DNA of 39,470 nucleotides. It comes from a virus (Duplodnaviria > Caudoviricetes). The notes under the pieces are model-generated. The model was given only the letters and a program-made list of their open reading frames with translations, was not told where the DNA came from and searched no databases. Shown one piece after another: positions 1 to 7,749 of this stretch (its first letter is position 1; every line of letters begins with the position of its first letter). Location: IMG/VR virus record IMGVR_UViG_3300025723_001504, positions 1-39,470 of that record; one strand, 5' to 3'. Made by a program: the position numbers and the translations under genes.

Positions 1-495
1 GTGTATGCCAAAGAAAATGTTAAACCTAGTCTAGCACTAATACAACAAATCAAAGACATTTATAATACACAAGGTACAGCGATTGATCAATTATTCAATC
101 CTGCAGAACTTCGAGCACTGCAAATCACTGATTTGCCTAAGCTATGCGTTGACTATATTAACAGTCGTGTAGGCACAGGATTTGATAATTTATTGTCAGA
201 CTTTGGTCCTTGGTTGCAACAGCGAGTCACTCCTAAGAAATTTAATAATATTGTAGAATACTTACAAAGTCCCCGTAGTAATCTAGCAGGCATGGCCGCA
301 GCCTTTACAGCCTGGGGATTATTGCACGATATTAAAATGGATATTTTACAGCAATTGGATCTACAACATCCAGGGCAAGAAGGCTGGGTCATGGCTACAG
401 ATGCCGGCATGGCCAAGGCTGTAAATCGTTTGGCCGGTGGCTTTACCGCAGCAAACCGTCAAATAAACAACCCAGAATCGTCCGCTAACTCCTAA
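1..495 (+). CDS. Hypothetical phage protein, 5'-truncated by the window edge
   Basis: Open frame from base 1 to TAA at 493-495; no recognised motif. Confidence 0.7.
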   Translation: MYAKENVKPSLALIQQIKDIYNTQGTAIDQLFNPAELRALQITDLPKLCVDYINSRVGTGFDNLLSDFGPWLQQRVTPKKFNNIVEYLQSPRSNLAGMAAAFTAWGLLHDIKMDILQQLDLQHPGQEGWVMATDAGMAKAVNRLAGGFTAANRQINNPESSANS

Positions 496-509
496 TTTTT
501 ACCAAACGG

Positions 510-557
510 TATAAATAAAAGCAGGACCTCTGTGTCCATATATTAAGGAGATTTAAA
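510..557 (+). promoter_or_regulatory. T4-late-type promoter TATAAATA, small 5' hairpin (GGAC/GTCC) and Shine-Dalgarno AAGGAG
   Basis: TATAAATA at 510-517 matches the T4 late promoter consensus; TAAGGAG precedes ATG 558. Confidence 0.65.
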
Positions 558-971
558 ATGGCTTATATTACCGTAGTTTCTGGTGGCGCACAACCAGTAT
601 TTGCAACTGACGTATTGAACGGTTCTGTTGCTCAAGGCGCAAACTTAGCTAATGCTTCTGTTACTAACTTCCAAGGTCCTAAATTAGACTTTTACTCAAT
701 CAATGCAAACTCTTCATTGGGCGTGAGTGGTGCTGGTAATGCTGCAGGTTTTGTTTCTAACACATTGCAAGCAATTCAGCAAACAAGTACTGTTGCTATG
801 TACCAAGTTAATCCTGCTGCTCCAACAATCTTGAACGTTGCTGTATTCCCAGTTGGCTCTTTTGCTAACGCATCTGTATTTTTGACAGCTGCTCAAGGTG
901 CTAATGCAACCGGTGGGTTGAACATTGGTTGGGCAACAGCTAATGCTTATGCTACATTTACAACACAATAA
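558..971 (+). CDS. Ala/Asn/Thr/Gly-rich putative virion structural protein
   Basis: 137 aa, strong SD, late-type promoter, own terminator; function inferred from composition and context only. Confidence 0.6.
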   Translation: MAYITVVSGGAQPVFATDVLNGSVAQGANLANASVTNFQGPKLDFYSINANSSLGVSGAGNAAGFVSNTLQAIQQTSTVAMYQVNPAAPTILNVAVFPVGSFANASVFLTAAQGANATGGLNIGWATANAYATFTTQ

Positions 972-992
972 TAGTTTACCCTATTAGCAACT

Positions 993-1022
993 AACCCTAG
1001 AATTAAAACTCTAGGGTTTTTT
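993..1022 (+). terminator. Rho-independent terminator
   Basis: AACCCTAGA (993-1001) / TCTAGGGTT (1010-1018) stem followed by a T run. Confidence 0.85.
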
Positions 1023-1042
1023 GTTGGCTAAGTATTTGTGCA

Positions 1043-1291
1043 ATGGAAGCTAGTAAAATTACCGAAGTAACCATATATGAAAGTCCCGACGGAGGACATA
1101 CAGTTTATGCTCGCCGTCCAGGATCGGCGCATCGAGAATTGTATAGTCAATCCCAAGAACGGCAATTAGAACTAGCCGAACTGGAACAACAAAAACGCTG
1201 GGTTGATATTTTTCAAGAAAGAAAAAACAATTTAGAATTAAACCAATTATGTGAACAAGTAGAAATGTTTTATACATTGGGTAAACGATGA
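1043..1291 (+). CDS. Hypothetical protein (YESPDGG motif)
   Basis: 82-aa ORF; TAAGTA late-promoter variant at 1029-1034; ATGA overlap with the next gene. Confidence 0.7.
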   Translation: MEASKITEVTIYESPDGGHTVYARRPGSAHRELYSQSQERQLELAELEQQKRWVDIFQERKNNLELNQLCEQVEMFYTLGKR

Positions 1292-1710
1292 GATATGCTT
1301 GCCAAACTTACTTTGATATTACCGCCACTGGCATAACCGGGCATTTTAAACCATCGGCAGTGCCGTTTCGAACCCGACATGGTTTAGAAATAATCGATTT
1401 GAATTCGTGGAATCGTGCTAGAAATCAACAACGAAATTGGGAAACATTAACTCAACTAATATCTATGCGAGCACAAATATTTGAATTATTGGAACCGTTA
1501 GATTACAACGGCACCTGGAGTTTTGAGTTTGAAGTAGAAACCCCTGATGTTTTTGGACCAAACGATAATCCAGTGGTTATATTAAACACTGATGCAGAAG
1601 GAATACCGATGATTAATAACTTAAACAATAATCGTGAGTTATTACCAGTTTTGCGGACACATGGGCCAGATCAGAATATTTGGTTTATGCCTATTTCCAT
1701 AAATAATTGA
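1288..1710 (+). CDS. Hypothetical protein
   Basis: 140-aa ORF translationally coupled to the upstream gene. Confidence 0.7.
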   Translation: MRYACQTYFDITATGITGHFKPSAVPFRTRHGLEIIDLNSWNRARNQQRNWETLTQLISMRAQIFELLEPLDYNGTWSFEFEVETPDVFGPNDNPVVILNTDAEGIPMINNLNNNRELLPVLRTHGPDQNIWFMPISINN

Positions 1711-1723
1711 TAAGGAAATTATT

Positions 1724-1987
1724 ATGGTCGAAGCTACCGAAATTGAAAAAAAGAGTCTCGAAGCACATGTAGAACTCTGCGCCGAAAGATACAACGCATT
1801 GGAAGACAAAATGTCTACTATGAGTGAAAATATTGCTCATCTCTGCATCATGGTTGCTGAAGTCAAATCTAGTGTAAGCAAACTAAGTGAAAAAAACACT
1901 GATAGACTAATCAACTGGGGCATTGGCATTATTGGGTTTTTATCTGCTTCGACAATTTATCTTATATCACACTACGTTTTTAAATGA
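1724..1987 (+). CDS. Small coiled-coil protein with C-terminal transmembrane helix
   Basis: TAAGGA SD; heptad-like middle region; hydrophobic LINWGIGIIGFLSASTIYLI. Confidence 0.7.
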   Translation: MVEATEIEKKSLEAHVELCAERYNALEDKMSTMSENIAHLCIMVAEVKSSVSKLSEKNTDRLINWGIGIIGFLSASTIYLISHYVFK

Positions 1988-2481
1988 AATCAGATCAAGA
2001 TTTTGACCGTATGTTTCGCTCGGAGTTTAAAGATATTACTCCTAATTTAATTTGGCAAAACGAGTCGGGCGAATACGAAGTATTTGGAAAATATAGAATT
2101 GTTCCAACCCGTCCTGGGTATTGTGTGTTTTGTTCTGCTACAGAAGTGGGTGTTTTTAACAGCACAAAATCTGCATTAAGTTGGTGTATTGCTGATAAAT
2201 TTAGTGCATATAATACAGCCCGCGATTTATTAATATTAGACAACAAATTAGGGGCAATGATTGCAGATATTGCCGTTAGAACCGCAATTGGCGAACGCAG
2301 TACCAAATGGGAATTTAGAGATAGTATTGGTACAAAATTAGAAACTAAACTTATAAGAAAAAAACAAGTAGAAAACGAATTAGCCAAATGTATAAGTTGG
2401 GCTAAATACATTCAACAACAAGGATTTAATAATGAAACTGCAAGAACTGGCCGCAATCAGCCCAACAAAGCAAGCCGCTAA
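1984..2481 (+). CDS. Hypothetical protein
   Basis: 165-aa ORF in an operon-like run. Confidence 0.7.
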   Translation: MKSDQDFDRMFRSEFKDITPNLIWQNESGEYEVFGKYRIVPTRPGYCVFCSATEVGVFNSTKSALSWCIADKFSAYNTARDLLILDNKLGAMIADIAVRTAIGERSTKWEFRDSIGTKLETKLIRKKQVENELAKCISWAKYIQQQGFNNETARTGRNQPNKASR

Positions 2482-3340
2482 GGTATTTGAAAGTTATTTC
2501 GGTGGTCGTGTTAATATTAACACTATTACTCGTACACAAGCCCGCAACCTATTAAATCGTGTACGCACACTGGTAAAAGAACATCGCCGTACACCAGAAT
2601 TCCATTATAGCGAACAGAATCCATCATATCTCAAATTAGTAATGATGGAACAAGTATTGGCCGCCAAGGTCAGAGAAGACGCAACAGTTGGCATTGGCCA
2701 ACCTGCTGGCGCACAACAACCAGGTGTTGCTCCTGCCGCAACTAATCCTCAAGCGGCACAGGCCATGCAGGCCGTACAACTTCAGCAAAAAAAGAAGGCT
2801 GCGCAAGATCAAGCCGCCGCAATTGACAAACAAATTCAACAATTAACACAACAAAAATCTCAATTGATGCAACAAGCAAACAATCCTACTATGTCCGAAG
2901 CTCGCCGCCAACGAAGATTGCGTGAAGCATCGGAGATCCAACAAGCACAGGTCGTCCTGGCCAGCCAAGACATGGTTGATCAAGTACAAAAAATGAGTGA
3001 GCAAGTTAGTTCTATGCAGTTTAAAGACCTGCCAGCCTTGGTAGATCAAATTAAGAACGAAGTTGGAGTCGACCAAGCCACTCAGTTCAATGGTGACGCA
3101 AGTGCTGCATTAAGTGGTCTGTTACAAAACCTACAAGTCGCCAAACAACAGTTAGAAGCTGCTCTTGGTGTGGTCACAGGACAAGCTCCACAGATTCCAG
3201 GCCAAGACATGGGCGCCAAAATGCCGCCTCCTGCCGATGAAATGCCGGCTGAGTTGCCAGCACCAGAAGATGATGTTGATGCTGAGATGGATGCTAACCT
3301 TGGTGCACCAAAAACTTCGTTGGGTCGTGGCCGCAGATAA
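2432..3340 (+). CDS. Gln/Ala-rich coiled-coil protein, possibly a head scaffold or internal protein
   Basis: 302 aa with low-complexity Q/A/P linkers and an acidic tail; function is inference. Confidence 0.65.
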   Translation: MKLQELAAISPTKQAAKVFESYFGGRVNINTITRTQARNLLNRVRTLVKEHRRTPEFHYSEQNPSYLKLVMMEQVLAAKVREDATVGIGQPAGAQQPGVAPAATNPQAAQAMQAVQLQQKKKAAQDQAAAIDKQIQQLTQQKSQLMQQANNPTMSEARRQRRLREASEIQQAQVVLASQDMVDQVQKMSEQVSSMQFKDLPALVDQIKNEVGVDQATQFNGDASAALSGLLQNLQVAKQQLEAALGVVTGQAPQIPGQDMGAKMPPPADEMPAELPAPEDDVDAEMDANLGAPKTSLGRGRR

Positions 3341-3675
3341 TGCGAATTTTTGAAGTAGCAGATCCAAACTCACAGAAACTAATGGCTCTGAGCCAGTTTT
3401 TATCTGGTCGTAGTGATGATGAATCTGCTAGAAAACAAATTAGTCAGCAGGCCTTTATTGATTTGGCAAAAAGCCTAGGAGTTAATGTTACTACAGAGAA
3501 CCTAGGAGAACTAATTGGTCAACCACCACTAAGTAATATTTTAGATCCACTGGATCCGCAATCTGGTGTAGTTAGTTTTAAAGGCAATACCGAAGCAGCA
3601 ACTGGCATGTCAGTTGACCAAGCACATGCAGTAGTAGACTCAAATGCCAAAGCGGCAATGAAACGCCGACAATAA
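3340..3675 (+). CDS. Hypothetical protein
   Basis: 111-aa ORF with TAATG coupling. Confidence 0.7.
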   Translation: MRIFEVADPNSQKLMALSQFLSGRSDDESARKQISQQAFIDLAKSLGVNVTTENLGELIGQPPLSNILDPLDPQSGVVSFKGNTEAATGMSVDQAHAVVDSNAKAAMKRRQ

Positions 3676-3728
3676 CCGACTTGGTTGACTTTTATTATAC
3701 AATCAAGTATAGTAATACTGGAGGCAAT

Positions 3729-4022
3729 ATGAAAAAACTTTTAATTGTTTTACTGTTATTAGCAGCTACTTCTGTTCAAGCACACGGATATCGCGGAGGT
3801 TATTGGGTAGCCCCTGCAATTATCGGAGGAGCAATTGGGTACAGTATGGCACGCCCGTATTATCCCCCAGCCCCATATTACTATCTACCTCAACCGATTG
3901 TAATTCAACAACAGCCACCTTATATGCAACAACCTTATCCGGCTGTTACGGGATATCATCAGGAAACCATTACAGATGCTAACTGCAATTGTTTAAGAAC
4001 AGTATTGGTTCCTAATCAATGA
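3729..4022 (+). CDS. Secreted Pro/Tyr-rich small protein
   Basis: GGAGG SD before ATG 3729; signal peptide MKKLLIVLLLLAATSVQA; YYPPAPYYY tract. Confidence 0.75.
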   Translation: MKKLLIVLLLLAATSVQAHGYRGGYWVAPAIIGGAIGYSMARPYYPPAPYYYLPQPIVIQQQPPYMQQPYPAVTGYHQETITDANCNCLRTVLVPNQ

Positions 4023-4177
4023 GACAAATTTGTTTTTTTCTTATGATGTCGATTGCCCTGACTGCTTCGGCCGCTGGGCTACAACAGTTAGTGAACGGGA
4101 TTACTCCTAAGCCTTCTGCACCGCAACCTGCACCTCCTAACCCACCTGTACCTCCTAAACCACCGGTAAAGAAATAA
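4019..4177 (+). CDS. Secreted Pro-rich 52-aa peptide (absent from the ORF track)
   Basis: ATGA-coupled; MRQICFFLMMSIALTASAAGLQQLVNGITPKPSAPQPAPPNPPVPPKPPVKK. Confidence 0.7.
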   Translation: MRQICFFLMMSIALTASAAGLQQLVNGITPKPSAPQPAPPNPPVPPKPPVKK

Positions 4178-4209
4178 CAGGCGGGTGCGCCGAGAAGCTA
4201 AATACTTTT

Positions 4210-4854
4210 ATGAAAAACAAGTATGGTCTAATTAAAAAATGTTCTTTTTGTGGCTGTGAATTTGAAACTCAACCTCGGTTCAAAGATTATTGTTCGCAGG
4301 CCTGTAAGAATCCTAACAACCGTCCTGGGCATGTTCCATGGAACAAAGGTAAACAAATGTCAGAAGAATTTAAACAGACCAAAATGAATTTAGAAGGTTT
4401 ATCAAAAGGTTGGGGCTGGAACAAAGGATTGTCAAACGAAACTGCTCGTAAAAGAATGTTAGGAAAGAATAATCCTAACTGGGAAGGCAAGTTAAATAAC
4501 TTAAGACCTAAAGATCCAAATGTTCCTGCTTATAGAAAATACCTTGGCAAAGTTCGTGGTGCAACTTACAGAACTATTAAAGAGATGAAAGCCAATGGAG
4601 AGTGGGTTCCCAAAGTTGGCAAACACAAAGATGATTGGCAAGTAGATCATATTATACCTTGCAAGCAAGGATTTGAATTAGGAATAGATCCAATTTTACT
4701 TGGACAAAGAAATAACATACAATTTATTAAAGGTAGTGAAAATCGAAGTAAATGGCACACTTTTCAACCACTTGATGTAGTAAGTAAGAAGTATAATTGG
4801 AGATATAAATGGCCTACAGTGATAAAGTACTTGAACATTATAACAATCCGTTAA
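4210..4854 (+). mobile_element. Free-standing HNH homing endonuclease (Zn ribbon, NUMOD3-like WNKG repeats, C-terminal HNH)
   Basis: CSFC...YCSQAC; PWNKG/GWNKG; VDHIIP...NIQFIKGSENRSK; TAAATA at 4199-4204, 5 nt before ATG. Confidence 0.85.
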
Positions 4855-5218
4855 ATGTTGGAAAATTTAGAGATGAGGAGACAGCGCAAGTTGGGACCGG
4901 TTTAGTCGGTGCCCCAGCTTGCGGTTAACTGGAGATGTGCTTAGATTACAGATCAAGGTAGACCCAGAGACAGATACAATCATAGATGCCAAGTTTAAAA
5001 CATACGGCTGTGGATCAGCGATTGCATCATCAAGCCTTGTATCTGAAATGGTTAAAGGACTAACCTTAGACGAAGCTGGGTTAATTAAAAATGCAACAAT
5101 TGCCGAAGAACTTTCTTTGCCACCAGTTAAAATACATTGTTCTATCCTTGCAGAAGATTGTCTAAAAGCCGCAATAGCAGATTACAGAAGCAAACAAAAC
5201 AAAAGCACTCCTACATGA
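4809..5218 (+). CDS. iscU: Fe-S scaffold IscU interrupted by an 8-nt insertion containing a stop (recoded gene or pseudogene)
   Basis: GGAG SD; 4809-4925 encodes [20 protein letters not shown]...GLVGAPACG then TAA; 4934-5218 in another frame encodes DVLRLQIKV...[14 protein letters not shown]...[14 protein letters not shown]; joined product is 133 aa. Confidence 0.92.
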
Positions 5219-5373
5219 GAAAAGCATTAAAAACATCAGGTAAAAAAAATAGGGTAAAAAAATGGTCTAAAATGGACCAACTGAGAATGTTGATTATTCC
5301 CAAGGATCGTATTGCCCATAAACTAACAGATATGGTGTCGGCAATTAGAAAAACTTTATTAAGGCGGCTATAA
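5215..5373 (+). CDS. Small basic hypothetical protein (52 aa)
   Basis: ATGA overlap with the iscU stop; [17 protein letters not shown]...TLLRRL; its 3' half recurs with several synonymous changes at 6328-6408. Confidence 0.65.
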   Translation: MRKALKTSGKKNRVKKWSKMDQLRMLIIPKDRIAHKLTDMVSAIRKTLLRRL

Positions 5374-5433
5374 ATGATTACCATAACCGACACAGCAAAT
5401 AAAAAAATTAAACAAAATCTAGACCGGCGTGGG
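5293..5433 (+). repeat. Diverged direct repeat, copy 1
   Basis: Gap-free match to 6328-6468; 114/141 identical by hand count. Confidence 0.9.
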
Positions 5434-5445
5434 TCTGTTGCGTAA
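5374..5445 (+). pseudogene. Truncated iscA 5' stub (23 codons)
   Basis: MITITDTANKKIKQNLDRRGSVA* versus intact MITVTDTAAKKIKTNLEKRGG at 6409. Confidence 0.85.
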
Positions 5446-5472
5446 GAAAAACCAAACTATAAGGACTGTATT

Positions 5473-6300
5473 TTGAAATATCTCGTACTCGGATCAGCTG
5501 GACAACTTGGATTAGCCCTATGTAATTATTTGAGCAAGCAGGGGCATACGGTATTAACCTATGACATTGCTAGCGATGCTGGTCAAGATCTGCGTGTGCC
5601 AGCTAACCCGGCGTTAGAACAATTAGTCAGAGATAGTGATTTTGTATTTTTTCTAGCATGGGATGTAGGTGGTAGTCCCTATCTTGCCAAATATCAAGAT
5701 ACCTTTGAATTTATACAAAACAATCTTAAAATAATTACCAACACATTTGAAACTTTAAAGAACCAAAATAAACCATTTATATTTGCGTCAAGCCAGATGG
5801 CCAACATGAGTTACAGTAGCTATGGACTAACAAAGAGTATAGGTGAAAAAATTACCAGCGTCTTGGGTGGCGTCACTGTAAAGTTTTGGAATATCTACGG
5901 TGTAGAGCACGATCCAGAAAAGACACACGCTATCACAGATTTTATTAACAAGGCCAAGAACACCGGTATAATTAATATGCTCACAGATGGTACCGAAGCA
6001 CGGCAGATGCTACACGCTACTGACTGCTCTGAATGCCTATATCTACTCAGTACTAAATATTCAGAACTTCCGAGAGATCAAGAGTATCATATATCCAGCT
6101 TTGAGTGGACTACTATGTTGGATATTGCTAATATGATTGCTGGACATTTTCCTGGAACTGTGGTACAACCAGCACAGGCAAAAGACATGATACAAAAAGA
6201 CAAACGCAATGAGGCTAACACTAGCATACTTGCTTATTGGAAACCAAAAATATCTTTGAGAGAAGGTATTAAAAGTATAATTAACGAAATGAACAAATAA
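5473..6300 (+). CDS. NAD-dependent nucleotide-sugar epimerase/dehydratase (extended SDR)
   Basis: GSAGQLG Rossmann motif, FASS, YGLTK (YxxxK), NIYG; TAAGGA SD with TTG start. Confidence 0.88.
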   Translation: MKYLVLGSAGQLGLALCNYLSKQGHTVLTYDIASDAGQDLRVPANPALEQLVRDSDFVFFLAWDVGGSPYLAKYQDTFEFIQNNLKIITNTFETLKNQNKPFIFASSQMANMSYSSYGLTKSIGEKITSVLGGVTVKFWNIYGVEHDPEKTHAITDFINKAKNTGIINMLTDGTEARQMLHATDCSECLYLLSTKYSELPRDQEYHISSFEWTTMLDIANMIAGHFPGTVVQPAQAKDMIQKDKRNEANTSILAYWKPKISLREGIKSIINEMNK

Positions 6301-6327
6301 TGGCTATAGACAACAACTTCTGGGAAT

Positions 6328-6468
6328 ATTATCCCCAAAGATCGTGTTGCTTATAAACTAAAAGATATGACATCAGCAATTAGAAAAACTTTATTAAAGC
6401 GTCTATAAATGATTACCGTAACCGACACAGCAGCTAAAAAAATCAAGACTAACTTGGAAAAGCGTGGT
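6328..6468 (+). repeat. Diverged direct repeat, copy 2
   Basis: Matches 5293-5433 at an offset of 1035 bp. Confidence 0.9.
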
Positions 6469-6726
6469 GGCATAGGTATTCGTGTAGGTATAAGAACCAC
6501 AGGTTGCAGTGGACTTGCTTATGTGTTAGAATATGTAGATGCACTACAACCGGGTGATGTTGCTATGGCCGACAACTATACCAATGTCGTTGTAGATAAA
6601 AAAAGTCTGCCTATTGTAGATGGCATTACTATAGATTATGTCCGCCAAGGACTCAACGAAGGGTTTGAATTTATTAACAAAAATGAAAAGGACCGTTGCG
6701 GTTGTGGCGAGTCATTTAGAATTTAA
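6409..6726 (+). CDS. iscA: A-type Fe-S carrier IscA/HesB family
   Basis: GCSGLAY and C-terminal RCGCGESF motifs. Confidence 0.93.
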   Translation: MITVTDTAAKKIKTNLEKRGGIGIRVGIRTTGCSGLAYVLEYVDALQPGDVAMADNYTNVVVDKKSLPIVDGITIDYVRQGLNEGFEFINKNEKDRCGCGESFRI

Positions 6727-6737
6727 GAAAGAAAAAA

Positions 6738-7451
6738 TTGTATAACCCAAAATTTGATTATCAACCTTTAAGTCGTGTAAGCGAAGATGGCAAACGACTT
6801 TATGCTACTCCGGATGGAAAACGGTTACCTAGTGTAACTACTATTTTAGATCGAACAAAACCAGAAGAAAAGAAACAGGCACTTAATGAGTGGCGCCGGC
6901 GTGTAGGTGTAGAAAACGCACAAAAGATTACCACCGAAGCCGCTAACCGCGGAACTCGTATGCATACCTATCTTGAAGATTATATCAAGCAAGGGCAACT
7001 TAAAGAGCGTGGTTCAAATCCGTTTGGATGGGCCAGTCACGCCATGGCACAAACCGTGATCGAAGACGGACTTGTAAATGTCAATGAAATTTGGGGTGTA
7101 GAAGTCCCATTATACTTCCCTAGTCTATATGCTGGCACAACCGACGGGTGCGGACTACATTTAAATGAAGAAAGTATTTTAGACTACAAGCAAACAAACA
7201 AACCCAAACGGCAAGAGTGGATTGAAGATTACTACTTACAGTTAGTAGCTTATGCTCTAGCCCACAACGAAGTCTACAGAACTAACATTCGCAAAGGTGT
7301 TGTCCTAATGTGTGTTAAGCCTCCTGTGGACGAAATGGGCAATCCTTTAGCTCGACCACAATATCAAGAGTTTATTTTGGAAGCTAAAGATTTTGACTAT
7401 TGGGCAGACCAGTGGTGGCGCAGATTAGAATTGTATTATTTGCAGGCCTAA
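6738..7451 (+). CDS. PD-(D/E)XK-superfamily phage exonuclease
   Basis: LPSVTTIL, RGTRMH, YAGTTD, DYK, YYLQLVAY motifs. Confidence 0.85.
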   Translation: MYNPKFDYQPLSRVSEDGKRLYATPDGKRLPSVTTILDRTKPEEKKQALNEWRRRVGVENAQKITTEAANRGTRMHTYLEDYIKQGQLKERGSNPFGWASHAMAQTVIEDGLVNVNEIWGVEVPLYFPSLYAGTTDGCGLHLNEESILDYKQTNKPKRQEWIEDYYLQLVAYALAHNEVYRTNIRKGVVLMCVKPPVDEMGNPLARPQYQEFILEAKDFDYWADQWWRRLELYYLQA

Positions 7452-7651
7452 CCAACATTGGTAGGAAACTGACCAGAAACCTCGTTTCCGTCTGCATCAA
7501 TATCATCGGGCACATTTGGAGAATTTCCGCCGCGAGTATTAATAATTCCGGCACCCATTAATTGTTGCATTAAGTAATGTACCTTTTTTTCTAAATCGCG
7601 TATGGCCGAATCTGGATCAATTCTATCGTCTCTAGCCCAAAAATTTGACAT
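7448..7651 (-). CDS. Small hypothetical protein on the minus strand
   Basis: CAGGAG SD before ATG; minus-strand GCTAAATA at 7675-7682; fills an intergenic gap. Confidence 0.7.
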   Translation of the reverse strand: MSNFWARDDRIDPDSAIRDLEKKVHYLMQQLMGAGIINTRGGNSPNVPDDIDADGNEVSGQFPTNVG

Positions 7652-7749
7652 GTAAATCTCCTGTTTTATTGCAATATTTAGCTTTTACAGCTTTACCGCT
7701 ATGGCATTACGATTAGCTAAATACTGGATAGAATTTAAGGAAGACCAAA

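Noticed and set aside
4923-4933. Group I intron in iscU (GGT|TAA resembles phage intron 5' junctions)
   Set aside because: Only 8 nt are extra, with no room for a ribozyme core, and no frame-restoring excision gives both an exon ending in U and an intron ending in G. A deleted-intron scar cannot be fully excluded.
4926-4961. Stop-codon reassignment or readthrough of the iscU TAA
   Set aside because: Readthrough stays in the wrong frame ([10 protein letters not shown] then TAG), and TAA, TAG and TGA all end genes normally elsewhere in the window.
4919-5218. ORF-track call of a 99-aa IscU starting at TTG 4919
   Set aside because: It has no SD and lacks the first ligand Cys; the true N-terminus is encoded from 4809 in another frame.
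6738-7451. Cas4 or a CRISPR system
   Set aside because: No four-Cys Fe-S motif, no other cas genes and no repeat-spacer array seen; it fits an ordinary phage exonuclease.
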